Shown here in pieces: positions 1 to 12,559 of a stretch of DNA of 64,000 nucleotides. The notes beneath the pieces were generated by a model. It did no database searches. It worked only from the letters and a program-made list of their open reading frames with translations, and had not been told where the DNA came from. Both the position numbers and the translations under genes were made by a program. Source of the stretch: Phoronis australis (lineage: Eukaryota > Animalia > Phoronida); assembly GCA_002633005.1 (NCBI GenBank), contig NMRA01000635.1, positions 85,007 to 149,006 on the forward strand. Direction: 5' to 3'. Every line of letters starts with the position of its first letter. Within the stretch, counting starts at the first letter, position 1.

Positions 1-570
1 ACGTGTTTTGTACACATACGCGCATGCCGCAGATCACATCTCGGAAATAGCCAATTTGACAAATGACAATGAATGATCACAATGAAATTAAACAACGTCG
101 TTTTACAGCTTGTAAGATTCATAATAAACATATTTTGAATATTGCAATGCATGTGTTCCAAAATCTAAATAACTTGGGTCCTATATTTTTGTATTGAAAG
201 TAATCGTGAGTGTTGCTGTGTTGCAAAATCTCTTATCCTGGGCCGATTTGAAAAATTCAAAGTTGTACTCATATTTGTTTTCGCTACTCTTTTCAAATAT
301 TACAGTAAAAACTACGTAAAACTCTCTCCGTAAAAAGTACAGTCTGCTAGCTAGATTGTAATCAGCTGATCATACTGCATGAGCGAAGCCAATTATCCTC
401 GCTTGTGACTCGATGAATAGAGCAGCTTGACGGCATCCCTTTGATCGTGAGCCGAGCACGACTCAGCCAAGGTGGATAAATACGGTGTAGTTCAAATTTC
501 CAAACCCCACCGTTTACCTTGACAAGCGGGGTTAGGACCAATCTTATTTAGTGGGAATGTTTATAGCATG
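1..570 (+). repeat. Interspersed repeat copy (truncated by window start), near-identical to 40334-40918
   Basis: Direct collinear match with few substitutions and small indels. Confidence 0.9.
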
Positions 571-960
571 TACATGTACTAGTCCACACTGAGATCAATG
601 TACAATGTACCAGTCCACACCAAGACCAAAATGTAGATGTACCAGTCCACACTGAGACCAATGTACATGTACCAGTCCACACTGAGACCAATGTACATGT
701 ACCAGTCCACACTGGGACCAATGTACATGTACCAGTCCACACTGAGATCAATGTACATGTACCAGTCCACACTGGGACCAATGTACATGTACCAGTCCAC
801 ACTGGGACCAATGTACATGTACCAGTCCACACTGGGACCAATGTACATGTACCAATGAATTGACACAGAGACCAATGAACATGTACCAGTCCACACTGAG
901 GCCAATGTACATGTACCAGCCCACACTGAGACCAAAATACATGTACCAGCCCACACTGAA
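561..960. repeat. 30-bp minisatellite, about 13 copies
   Basis: Unit CCAATGTACATGTACCAGTCCACACTG(A/G)GA repeated head to tail. Confidence 0.95.
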
Positions 961-1383
961 GTCGTTGTTATGTTTAACTACCATTGTCGACCATTGTACA
1001 ATATCTAAATTGTATTTAGAAACAGTAATTAACCAGTCATCAGCTTGAAAATTTCACATTTATTTCAGGTTAACTGTCCTGCAAACACAGATACAATGAT
1101 TACTTTACATTTTCCTTGCAGAAAACATAATATGAGTAAACTTCAAAGACTTGCATAATTTAAATATTTACCGTACCTGTGTGACATATTCAACTGAAAG
1201 TACACCACTTGATATTTATGTTTCACCTGGTAATGTTCTCACATACTCGACTTAAAGCACCCCCTTGTTTTAGTCAAATTAAGTACACTGTAGATTAATA
1301 ACCAGTATGAATACCACAGATCATGTATGATAATGTGAAATGAGCACATGCCAGACAAAGTAGACTCTGCAGACTAGCTTTAC

Positions 1384-1498
1384 CTTGGAGTAAGAGAAGG
1401 TGGTGCTGCTGCTGGCAACAACTGCACTGTTACCGTGGTATCAGTAGCTTCCCTCTCCAGTGTTCTGACAGGCGGTAGTTTAACTAGCTCAGTTAAAA
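1384..1498 (-). CDS. Exon: start of a membrane-proximal FN3-like region (not in ORF track)
   Basis: LTELVKLPPVRTLEREATDTTVTVQLLPAAAPPSLTP; ttgcag/gtaaag; 115 nt, phase 1-2; resembles the T-x-T-T-I-x-V-x-L-x-P juxtamembrane domain start of RPTPs. Confidence 0.78.
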
Positions 1499-1625
1499 CT
1501 GCAAAACAAACAACCAAAGGTCACGTATAATCAAAGCAAAATTCTAAATTGAAGCTATTAGGATAGGTTCAGACTGCCACTTTCACGACCCTAGCTTCTT
1601 CTCCTTTACAGATTTCAGACCCGAT

Positions 1626-1752
1626 AAACACAGCTCACCAACTGTCAAACAGCTCACCAATTGTCAAACAGCTCTGTCAGCAACTGCCAAACACAGCTCA
1701 CCCACTGCCAAACACAACTCACCAACTGCCAAAGACAGCTCACCAACTGCAG
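1626..1752. repeat. 20-22 bp tandem repeat
   Basis: AAACACAGCTCACCAACTG(C/T)C repeated about 6 times. Confidence 0.85.
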
Positions 1753-2111
1753 CACACTGACCACCAAGCATAATGCCAGACTCTCAAAACACGATTTATG
1801 CACTTAAAAAAATCCATGTCCAGGTAACATTTAGGGCAGTGAGTGAGCCGTGTATGGTGGTCTGAGGACCATGTTTGTGAGTCAGTGAAGTCAGTTAATC
1901 AGGTCCCTTAGTCATGTTTTCAAGCAAAGCAACTAATGTTTATGAGTGCACCTGCAGATTTAATGGTAGAGCTGGTATTAGTTTTCCACAATTTGCAATT
2001 TCAAGACAACTTTTTCCCTGTAAAACATATCTTCCCACTCACAATGTTTGCATAGAAAGTTTAGATACTCCCTAAAGTATTGAGACATGTGACATGCTAA
2101 GTAAAGTTTAC

Positions 2112-2313
2112 CGCTGGCTGTAGGTGGCGCTGTCCACACCAAGACGGCATCACTGGGATCACCATATCCTGCAGAGGTCTTGCCAGTCACCGTACATTCA
2201 TAGAGTGATGCTTTAAGGAGACCTTTAATGGTACCCACCAACGATACACCCAACTGTTTACTGACTGAAGTGCCATCTGTTGCTAGGAGAGACTGTTTAA
2301 ACTGACAGGATAT
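2112..2313 (-). CDS. Exon: FN3 second half
   Basis: ISCQF..IKGLLKASLYECTVTGKTSAGYGDPS..VWTAPP; tttag/gtaaac; 202 nt, phase 0-1. Confidence 0.92.
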
Positions 2314-2688
2314 CTAAAAAAATGACAAACATTTGGCATAATTACCATTACTGTCATGGACACTGTTGTTATGAATGCTAATAGGGAACTCCATTAAAAG
2401 CTGATTTGTATTTTAACTGTGCTCTCAAAGTCTTAAAAACAGGAGACCGACTTCATTTAAACAACCTAATTACAAATTCAGGTGGTCAAGATGGCATTTA
2501 AATAGCAACTTTTTAAGTGATGAAATTCCACTGCTTCAAAATCTCAATCCAAGTGCACTATGAACTGTAGGAGGTGTTTTACCATTGCACACAATATACT
2601 CTATTGCCATCTAGCGATCTGCTCATCAAATTTCAACACGTCGCTGTGATATGTACTCTGATGGTTGACAACCATGCAAATATCATAC

Positions 2689-2795
2689 CTTGTATCCACT
2701 TATTTTGCCCCTTGGGTTCACTGGCTGCTTCCATTGGAAACCCAATGACGTGTCAGATCGAGTGACGTTCTGGACGTCAACCGGCTTCTCTGGCT
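2689..2795 (-). CDS. Small exon: FN3 first half (not in ORF track)
   Basis: PEKPVDVQNVTRSDTSLGFQWKQPVNPRGKISGYK; ttag/gtatga; 107 nt, phase 1-0. Confidence 0.9.
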
Positions 2796-3167
2796 CTAAC
2801 ATAATTACAAATTAAAATTCACATTTTTACACAGAACACCATCATAAAAATACATGCAGCTTGGGAAACAAATGGATATTTAACAGCCCACGTAATATGT
2901 ATATTCCAAAGTGTAATCTGTTTGGAAGTATGGTACATTTTGAACATCTTTAAAGTCATGTTTAAAATCACTTTTACAACTGACTGTAAGCGTTATAAAC
3001 CAAGTAGTTATTAAACGCCACTCCCTATACACTTCTAGCTAGAGATGTATATAATCTGTATTTCACACATTCTGGCTTACCTTCACTTTCATTGGACGGC
3101 CTTTAGCAAGTATATGCTAGCACCATTACACTCTGTGAGATTTACTGGCAAAGCATTAGAGTGTTCT

Positions 3168-3335
3168 AAACTTACACAACAAACCTCAGACTATAACTGT
3201 ATAACAGACTTACAACATTGATACAAGTCTTCCACAACAAACCCCAGACTATACTGTATAACAGACTTACTTCATTCATACAAGTCTTATACAACATACC
3301 CCAGGCTATAACTGTATAACAGACTTACTTCCTTC
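3168..3335. repeat. 57-58 bp tandem repeat (about 3 copies) containing the exon donor site
   Basis: CTATAACTGTATAACAGACTTAC recurs ending at 3213, 3270 and 3328. Confidence 0.88.
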
Positions 3336-3398
3336 AGCGGTAACTCCAGTGATAATCTTGCTACCTTCTCCATAACCTTTGATAGTTTTAGCAAACAC
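3329..3398 (-). CDS. Small exon: FN3 C-terminal strands (not in ORF track)
   Basis: VFAKTIKGYGEGSKIITGVTAEG completes the preceding FN3; taag/gtaagt; 70 nt, phase 0-1. Confidence 0.9.
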
Positions 3399-4061
3399 CT
3401 TAATAACAAAATAAGGTCATGATTTATTGCTCAGTGGAGAATTCTTAATGACAAAACATCTTTGACTTAGTGGACACTGTGTTTGCCAGCTGAAATGTAT
3501 GAGGTGTGATTCAGGTGAACAGACTTTTAATTTACAGATACTCAAACCTGCGTACGCATTGTTCAGAGGATACATATGGTAAGGGCAGGTAATAACAGAA
3601 CCATGGCCCAGTAGTGTTCACATCCTTCACTCTCTTGACCGTCACAAACTAGTGACCAAATAAGTTCTCAACTGATGATGGAATTAGAACCAGGCACTAC
3701 GGCATGCATCTAATAATGAGCATCAGGCAGTGCTCTCCTGACGGACGAGAAACTCATTTGCCACGACCAGTCAAAGGGCTTTGCTGATACAAGAGGAAGA
3801 TGCCAAAAAGTGGAAATGGAGCTAATGATAACAAGGGGACAAAGCATGCAGAACAGTCCAATAACAGGTAAGTGCAGCCTCTTCCGAGATGAAAACTAAT
3901 ATTACCAAATTTTTGAAGTAAGACAAATTTGGAATTTGAAGGTGGCTCACTATTTGTGACTTTGAAAGATGTAACACTTTATTTTTGATGTGAAGGGTAG
4001 AAAAACAAAACTTACCAAAACTGCAAGAACAATCAAACGTTATCAATGCAACAGACATTAC

Positions 4062-5842
4062 AACAAGAGCAACAAGGAGCATTGAAATGCGCCCATGAAT
4101 GCATCACAAATGGTGTGCTTTTAGGGTTGTTTATTTGTCATAAAAATGGCCACTAGATGGAGCAAAAATGTACAAGCCTTCTGAATATGGGTACATGTCA
4201 TAGCTTCTTTAATAGAAAGCTATTTACCAAACTTATAGAAATTTGTCACGGAATGTCAGAGAAACAAAGAAAATGAACTGCCAATAGGGGGCACAGTGTT
4301 CATTGGATCCGTCTGAAAGTAGTCATTCTCTGTTTGTTAGCTTCCACACATACTCAATTTAATAAAGACCCAGCCATGGGTTTAGGCGCAAAGCAAAACA
4401 AAACTACTAGTTGGAGAAGCCACTGTAGTCAAAGTCGTCATCGTCAACCATAATATTCACAGTGTCACAGAGAAAATAAGCGCCAATTTTCAAAAACATT
4501 GGCCTTAGAATGATTTGGTTGATAGAGGGGTGGACGCCAAAAAACAGACTTGAAAACAGCAAAAATGGCCACTAGGTGGCGCAAAATACCTCGATTCCAT
4601 CCAAACACTAGAGGATAGCATCATCTCACCAACAGATACCTGTATTAAAAATTTTATGAAAATCCATTGAGGACCCTTGAAGATACAGATGTAAACTTAA
4701 AATCTTAAATTGCCAAGAGACACACCAGTGGTCAGATCCGTCCGAAAGTCGTCATTTTTCTTTGTCAACATCATATAAACATACTTGTTAAATTTAGTAA
4801 AGATCCTGCAAATGGTTTAAGAGATACAGCCATGGGCGCAAAAAAGGAAACTGCCACTAGGAGGCGCCACAGTAGCTGAAGTCATCGGAAAATCATCGTA
4901 GCCGTCCACTTCATATAAAAATCTACATGCCAATTTTCACAATGATCCTGAAAGCGATTTGGTTGACAGAGTGGTGGACGCCAAAAAAAAACAGACTCAA
5001 AAATGGCCACTAGATGGCGCAAACTAAGTTGAATCCATATGAAAACGGAAAGATAGGATCACTACATTAACAGAAGCCTGTACGCCAAATTTTTGAAAAT
5101 ACGTTAAGGACCTTTAAAGATTATAATAGAGTTTAACGTAAAAAAGTAAAACTGCCACCAGGGAGCATACCAGTTTTCAAATCTGTCCGAAAGTCGTCGT
5201 CCTTTGTCAACATCATATAAATGCACTTACTAAATTTAGTAGACGGTTTAGGAGATACAGCCATAGACGAAAAAACAAAACTGCCAATAGGAAGCACCTC
5301 AGTCGTCGAAATCGTCGGCCGTCCTCTTCATAGTAAGAACATAGTTATGCCAATCATCCTTAGAGCAGTTTGGTTGATAGAGGGGTGAACGACTAAAAAC
5401 GTACTCGAAAGCAGTAAAAATGGCCACTAGGTGGCACAAATTACGTCGAATCTATCCGAAAACGGAAGGATAGCGTCATCTCACTAATATATGCCTACAT
5501 GCCAAATTTTATGAAAACAAACTGAAGACCTTTGAAGATATAGAGGTAAGCATAAAACTAAAATTGCCACTAGGGGGCAGACCCGTAGTCGAATCCACAT
5601 GAAAGTTTGCTCATGCCATCTCATCCATGAAAGGAATACTGTGCAAAATTTCATGAACATACGTCAAATGGTTTTGGAGTTAGAGCAGCTGACGCCGGAC
5701 GCCAGACGCCGGATGGACACCAGACGGACGCCAGACGGACGCTGGACGGTCGCCAGACGGACGCCAAACGCCGCCCGGACAGATGGACGGACGGAGATGA
5801 CGACATAATGCGTCCACATATAAATATGTGGGCGCATAAAAA
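4062..5842 (-). mobile_element. Non-autonomous Helentron-type element (HINE/DINE-like), copy 1
   Basis: On the minus strand: T-run, subTIR hairpin ATGCGCCCACATATTTATATGTGGACGCAT, GTCC/GTCT microsatellite, ~410-445 bp internal tandem array, 3' subTIR and short stem-loop before CTCTTGT. Confidence 0.8.
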
Positions 5843-6371
5843 TTGATAAATGTGAGGACATGGAGTTTGTAAATACTCCGAGTAAAAATTTCTAGCTATT
5901 CACTGGATGATGTCAATGACTATTCACTAAGTGCAGTCACTGGGTAGGTGAATGTGGTGGAATAAAAAAAAAATTGAGAAATAGGCCCGCATCCCTTTGT
6001 CTTACGTTTTGCCATATTTGAAAAGTTTACGGGATAAAAATTCCTTCTCTGAGTAACATAGACAAACATTTCATTGCCAATATCTTAAGATATATTTTGG
6101 CACTATTGAAAAGGCTATTTTTTTAAGTTCTGTTCAAACATTTTATGTAAACTTCCCTCTAGACCTTTGATTGCATATGGCATGAAAATGGTGGCATTTC
6201 TCACAACTTTTTGGGTAAGTTATATTGTCTTTAATAACAGAAGGTATCAACCAAAAGCCAAAGACCGTTTGCACGATGTTGCTACCATTGTCACATTTTT
6301 TCTGACATTCTCTAAAATTCCCTGAATAAACATTTGTGAAAAAGTAACGACGATATTGACATGAAATTTAC

Positions 6372-6595
6372 CTGTATTGAATATACCGTGAAAGGTTCCA
6401 GGTGGTGGAATGCAGTGTAGTTCAACTTGCTAGGCAGGTCTGACCGTGTCACGTTAGTAGATGTTTCCCCTTCAGTCCATACGTTCACTCTATAGCCAGT
6501 GATGATGCCATTGAGGTTCAAAGGTTGCGACCATGAGACCAGTAGACTTGTGTCATTGATACTGATAGTGCCAACATGAGCAGGCATTGATGGAA
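6372..6595 (-). CDS. Exon: FN3 domain, first part
   Basis: VPSMP..SLLVSWSQPLNLNGIITGYRV..LEPFTVYSIQ; tacag/gtaaat; 224 nt, phase 1-0. Confidence 0.94.
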
Positions 6596-7154
6596 CTGTA
6601 ATGTTGAGCACAAAGTCAGATTAAAGTGCTTAGACCAATCTTTTGTAGTCTCCTAATATAAAATAAATTGCCAGTTTGAAAGAAAAAGAGTGCTGACTAT
6701 TGGAAAAGAAATGAGGACCATACAAAAACTACTGTAGTTAATTGCAATAAAAAATTGTAAAAACGACAAAAATATGTCAGAATGAGAATGCTTTTTCACA
6801 GTGAAGGAAGAAGATTGATCTGCACCATCACTAAATTGTTTTTCCACTTTTTTGACTGATAATAAGAGGAATACCAAGAACCAAGTAACATTACGGGGCA
6901 CAGTAGTCAAATTCAGTCGGAGTTCTTCAGGGTTGTAGTCAGATACAGAGTGGTGGAGATGGCAATAAACATTTTACAGCATAAAATTAAACAGACAAAG
7001 ACCATTTTCCTAACACTACAGGAAATAACACGTAACAACTTGTCAAGATGAGTAACTCTCACTACTTTGATGGGAGAATTCAACTTATGCTCAGCCATAA
7101 TTACGGGAGAATTATGAGTCATTTTGCATGTGTTCGGAGCAAACGGTTAAGTAT

Positions 7155-10100
7155 CAGTCCACGGATCCACCGACCACTGTACAGCCAACAGGCGGGAAGG
7201 TGGGGGGTCAGCCATTCAGATCCATGTTTAGTCTGATAAATCACATTAGGGATGAGAGAAATTGGGTGAAGTATGACATCACAAAGTTTGGTGGTTTAGG
7301 AGATACAAGGGAAGTGTTCTGGGAGGCAAAATGAGGCAATTTCTTGGTGTCATTTTTGACCAAATTTTCTACTTCAGTTTCTGCTTCAAACCGGATCGTT
7401 TCTGAAAATTTTGATATCACATGATAGGTTCATGACCAATGTCAGTAAAAACGGCACCGACACTGCAATATCGGTTACCATGGTAACACTGGAACTGTTT
7501 CGGTGGAGGTACGTTTCCGTCTTGTGAAAAACCAGCAGTAAGCTGTATACCCTTATAGCGAAGCTGCCCCCGCGAGAAAACTAAAAATAATAAATGGACA
7601 TGTAGAAGACTCCATGCCCTTGAAATTAATACAATAAAAACTTTGTCAGCCCTTCAGGCAGGCTTGGTAATAAGTGTCTGAATTTCACTATTTTCAGACC
7701 GCGTATGTGTATTTGTCATGTTAAACCAGTCACTAGTTGTGCGCCGTTTCTACGCATTAATATGCCGTGGTATATAATACAACAATTAAAACAATTGGTT
7801 TGCTTAAATGTTTTTAATTAATTTTAAAGGCGAATGCCACCCTATTTAATTAGTCTTTTTTGCCGTCTTAATCGGTCTATATCCACATCGCCTCGCATAC
7901 GGTCGATCTTACCTTGCCAAGAGGTGTCGCATTAACCAGTGAGGAAGGTGAGAAACGACGCTAGCGACGTCAGTGGTTCATATGCAGAGTGAATGCCGCT
8001 ATGTTGCTGTGTATCGTTCCCGCTTGTTCGAACTAAGCAGCCGCGAGGAAAGCGAGTATATCGTTTTGTTTTACTTCCTCGAGAGTCCGAAATGCTTAGG
8101 AAGTGGCTCATGAAGAATGAAATGTACGCTGCAAATAGCAAGTATGAGGCCGTGAAACATCTCCGTGTCTGTGGCCTGCAGACGACGTCGACAGTGTCTC
8201 ACGAATGCCCGGCTTACCAAATAACTCCATACGTTCCGTTGTCTGAGCTTGTTCACAGGTCCTCTCTAGTATTTCTTCATCACTGTATTCCTGTTCGAAT
8301 TGATAGCCTGTAAAACTTAACGATCCACCTGCGAAGTCGGGATTGATGAGCCGCTCTAGCTCGTCCTAAGTCGGGATTGCGAGTTGCCATGTTTGGAGTT
8401 TATTACTGAGCGTTCTGTTTCAAAATGAATTATTCTCACAGTAACCAATACTTATATAAAACTGAAACAAATTCTCACGGAAAATACTTCGAAATTATCT
8501 CCGAACACACTCCAAACTCCTGCTACGGACCTTACTGGCCTGCCGAACTTCGTAGGCTACGGTGTGTCCAAATACCAATAAATCCGTAACAGTGAAATAA
8601 AACAACACGTTTTTGTAAGAACTCGGTGTATTTTTAAGGGCTTTACATCGAAGTTTGATGATTTATTGGTGTTAAACGATGACTCCAAACGATAAGCTGA
8701 CACCAGTAACCCGTGTTGTGAATTGCTGAACAGAATGCGTGTGAAACCGATGACGTAACTGGATAATTTCAACACCTCCGTCTGCCGTCAGGCGTCAGGT
8801 AACGCAACCGCACGTGTCGTTATGGAGTAGAACTACTCGATCTAAATTGATACAAATTAGGTTCTTTTTTGGGTGACATGCTCCTTTAAGGACACTAGCA
8901 TTTCCCAATAAAATATGAAATTATACTAAATTTGTTCATCCAATTCGTCTGAATACCAAACTAACGCTTACAATGCGTTAGTTGAATGATGGCTGACCTA
9001 AAGTGCGGGTTTGCGAATTTATCTATTTATCTGGCACTGCCAGTCACATCGAATGTGGTATTTCTACAAATTGCAGAGAGAAACAACTTTGGAAACTCTT
9101 GGGAAATGCACAAGCTATAGAGCGAGACATTTGAGCACCTTATAAGAGTACGTGGAGCTGATGTGGAGGTGGAACGTGTCCTCCTGAGAAGTAGTCTGTC
9201 TCAGTGTCTGCCTCGGAGGCAGGTGTGCAGGAGCTACATAATCTACCGTAATAGGTTCACTTAACCGAATCATCGTTACAACACTCGAGATATATTGGCG
9301 TCGCGAAAGACACTTAGAACATCCACTGCACACTAAAGGAGAAATCTGATAGAGGTCTGAAAAATGACCAAAGAAGTTAAGTCAAGGTTCAACGTCCTGC
9401 TTCGTGTGAGCTCAGGTAGGAATCACTAAACTCCAGGGTCTGACCCTGAGGAATATTTTTAGAAGCACGTCATTCATGCAAAACTACTTTTATTGACACA
9501 CGGTGGTTGCTTATAACTTGGGCCTTAGTGCTTAGTCATATCTTATTCAAATGTGTTGATGTTTTTGCAACTACATGACTGTATACATTGGCATAGAAAA
9601 TAACTTTTCATAACAACCACCAAATGTATAACATGACTTCTGCCCATGAACTACTTTTAAGAGACTAGGGAGTATGTTTTGTCTACCAATGATTTTCTAC
9701 GATTATGAAGTTAATTAAACATGCTAAAGCCGTCAAAAATATTGGTGCCTTCACTTTAACTTGGTATTCATATTTTGTGAGCCGAAATGGCCACATTAAA
9801 TTTAATATGCTTAATTTTTCATTAATACAATTTTAGGAATCAGGAAAGGCTTATGCTGAAAAAGTGGCTTCTGCTGAAGTTGGAGACCTGCTGATTATTA
9901 GTAAAGGTTGGGTATGGAAAAGGTCACAACCAGCAAGAAGGTACCCTTCTGGACAACTAAGTGAGGGGGCTAGAGAGAGGCCGAAAAGTTTACTCCCAGA
10001 AGATATGTCAAAGAGAATTTGTAGCTTGAGGAACGAGTTGGGGAAAAAGTATTTGCCAAAGATTACTGACTTAAACCACAACAGGTCCAAAGTAATTTGT

Positions 10101-11951
10101 TGAGATAGACCACTTTCAGCAAATGTGGGGAAACTGGGACAGAGGAAGTGGAGTATGCATTGAAAGAGGCAATCTGAGATTGTCAAGGATGTAGCATTGT
10201 AAAAATTCAAAGGGAGGAAACAGTACAGTGGCTGGACCTGTAAATACTCTGGCTGATCTGCTAAATCCAGTGGGGGCATTATTGTATCAGCACAGGTGTG
10301 TAGGGAAGTAGGCTTGTGTGTTGTCGCAAGCTTTGTTTGCACCAGAACTGCTTGTGTGAACAGCACAAATCTAAAATTTACCTAGTCTAAGACTGAATTT
10401 TTGTCCAGGCACGGATCATGATCCTGGGCCACATGGTAATGGTACATTGTTCATTTTGTTTAGCCACTGGATTTTTTGGTCTGACAGGATTTCTCAGTGT
10501 CGCCATCACATTTAGATGATTTCTGACCACTGTACTATTCCTTTTCCTTGAAGATGCGTAATTGATCTGAATTTATGTTTCCGCATTTTATTTACCATTA
10601 TAGATTTTTGTTTGTAAATGGGTATATATTACTGAAATTTGAGACCCTGTTGCAGTTAGGCTGGTTTTGTTAACTTATCTTTCTGCCTGGGTTGTAAACC
10701 CATATTCTGTCCAGGAGGTAATAAGTTTTGATTTAGACCATTTACCTCTATAAACTTTGCTCAGTTTGTTCCTTATCCAGATGGGAAGTGATTTCTGGAA
10801 TTGTAGCGAATTGACAGTTTGCTATTCCTTGAGACCATGCTGTGTGTATAAAATCGCACACTATTAGTCTGGTCTCTAGCAATTGCATATTGCCAGATCT
10901 TTCAAAGTTCTGAAATTGCTCAAAAGTGACCTGGAAGTAATACCTATTTCGTGATGGTAAAATATCTAAATCAAAAGTTGTTTTATGTGATTTTAGGCGA
11001 GTTTATGTCCACTTCAAATGATTTTTTGTTGCAGTACTGAAAAGTATTGGCACATTAGCTCTGGTGGCTCCTTGTTTTTTTGGCGAATTGACCATTTTAT
11101 GGTTCCCATGGGTAATTTTGTTACTGGTCTAGTATGTATGTACAACTGTAATCGTAGGGCAATTGTAATGCAAACCATGTTGCAAAAGTATTTTTTCATG
11201 ACCATTTCATTGTAAAATGCTGCCTAATTGGAACCGACAAGCCAATTTTTCATTTTGTGGTGGTTAGTTTTGATAAGAACATTGATGTGGTAAATACAGC
11301 TACCTCAAGTTTGTGAAGAAGAGATTTCCAGTGTTGTCAGCGATATTGCGAAATCACTTTTTCGCAGTGAGACTACATCACCTTAAATGTAATTCCCTGA
11401 CTTTATGAGCTTTGTGTGGTTGACTCTGTCCTGTAGCAATTAGAGTGTTGAAAAGATCTAGAAGGCAATTTTTTATTAGAGTCATAACATTTGCACTTTT
11501 GACTGTACAGTTATCTTTGCATTGTATTACGAAAACATATTTTGTAGTACACAAGTCTCTGGTTGGTATTTTATATTTTTTCACAAGGAATATTTTCAAC
11601 TTAGATGAGTTGTCTGTGAGGTAGGCAATTTTCAAATAAGATAATGAATAAAATTGTCAAACATTGTTTTATTTTTTAGATGTGTGATCTTCCAATAAGT
11701 GATTACTTTTAAAAAACCTGTGCAGAATTTGATTTTTACTCTTCATTTGAAGGAGAATAAATCCATAAACCTGCATTGTCTAGAAATTTTACTCAAACTA
11801 CATATTTCAGGGTTGGGGATTGGAATCTTAATACAACCGAGGAAATATTTTCCCGCTGTTTATAGATCCCATAGGACTACCTATGTGCCAAATTTGGTGA
11901 AAATCGGCTGACCCCCACCTTGCCGCTCATGGCTGGTGCTCTCGTGGACTA
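7155..11951. mobile_element. Putative Academ-like non-autonomous DNA transposon (contains Kolobok-derived copy 1)
   Basis: Degenerate inverted ends (C/T)AGTCCACG...AAGGTGGGGGTCAGCC at 7155-7214 and 11905-11951; flanks GTAT/GTAC; TAG-type terminus. Superfamily is inferred. Confidence 0.5.
7828..8885 (+). mobile_element. Kolobok-derived non-autonomous element, family B copy 1
   Basis: TTAA on both sides; termini AGGCGAATGCCACCC...GGGTGACATGCTCCT; frameshifted THAP remnant on + and KolX-like remnant on -. Confidence 0.85.
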
Positions 11952-12559
11952 GTACTTAAGTTTTATTTGTCCTGTTTACAGGCAGTTAGCAATAGATTTG
12001 GAATATCAAGCTATTTTCTATGTAACTGTTTCAAACAGAACATTTGAGAAAATTTTAGAAGATTACATCATATTAGTAACTGACAAACAACCATGGTTTC
12101 AAACAATCTAGAAACCTTAGACACATTTTGTAAAATGACTGCATAGGTTCCACAAAGTTATAAAATGGTGAAAAGTTTCAGAACATTAATATAAAAGACT
12201 AAATACTTACACGGCAAAAGTTAGTGGTTGTCAGTTACCAAGCCAATACTGAGCCAGATATTGAATGCACCAACAAGTTGGACATTTGCTGAGAGCGATT
12301 CCAGAGTTCATCACAAGTCAAGTACTAGTAGCAGCATTATAGATTAAAGCAGATATTACCAGTATGGTCAGTCGAGATCAATAAAGTGATTTAACTCAAA
12401 CAGGTCTTTAGTCCATCATCACACCAATAGCTATTACCAATAGTCAGTGATGAGATATGCACACCAATCCTTGGCAAAATGTGACAGTCTGCTTATTATT
12501 AGCGTGTATTGTAACATGTAGGTATGTATGAAAGTGCATACAATGAATTTCTTGACACA

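Noticed and set aside
548-1048. Repetitive ORFs and possible CRISPR-like array
   Set aside because: Head-to-tail 30-bp minisatellite with no unique spacers, in a eukaryotic intron; the ORFs are artefacts of the repeat.
3081-3135. Candidate extra exon with a strong GTAAG donor
   Set aside because: Stops in all three frames from the nearest AG, and the neighbouring exons already join in phase.
5599-5861. Arg/Thr/Pro-rich ORFs (also 16924-17363 and 60531-60854)
   Set aside because: Derived from the GACG/GTCC microsatellite of the HINE ends.
8557-8775. Recurrent 72-80 aa ORF MLKLS..IGFTR (also 24665-24907 and 61373-61591)
   Set aside because: Shared only because the three Kolobok-derived copies are recent; non-ATG starts and no recognisable motif.
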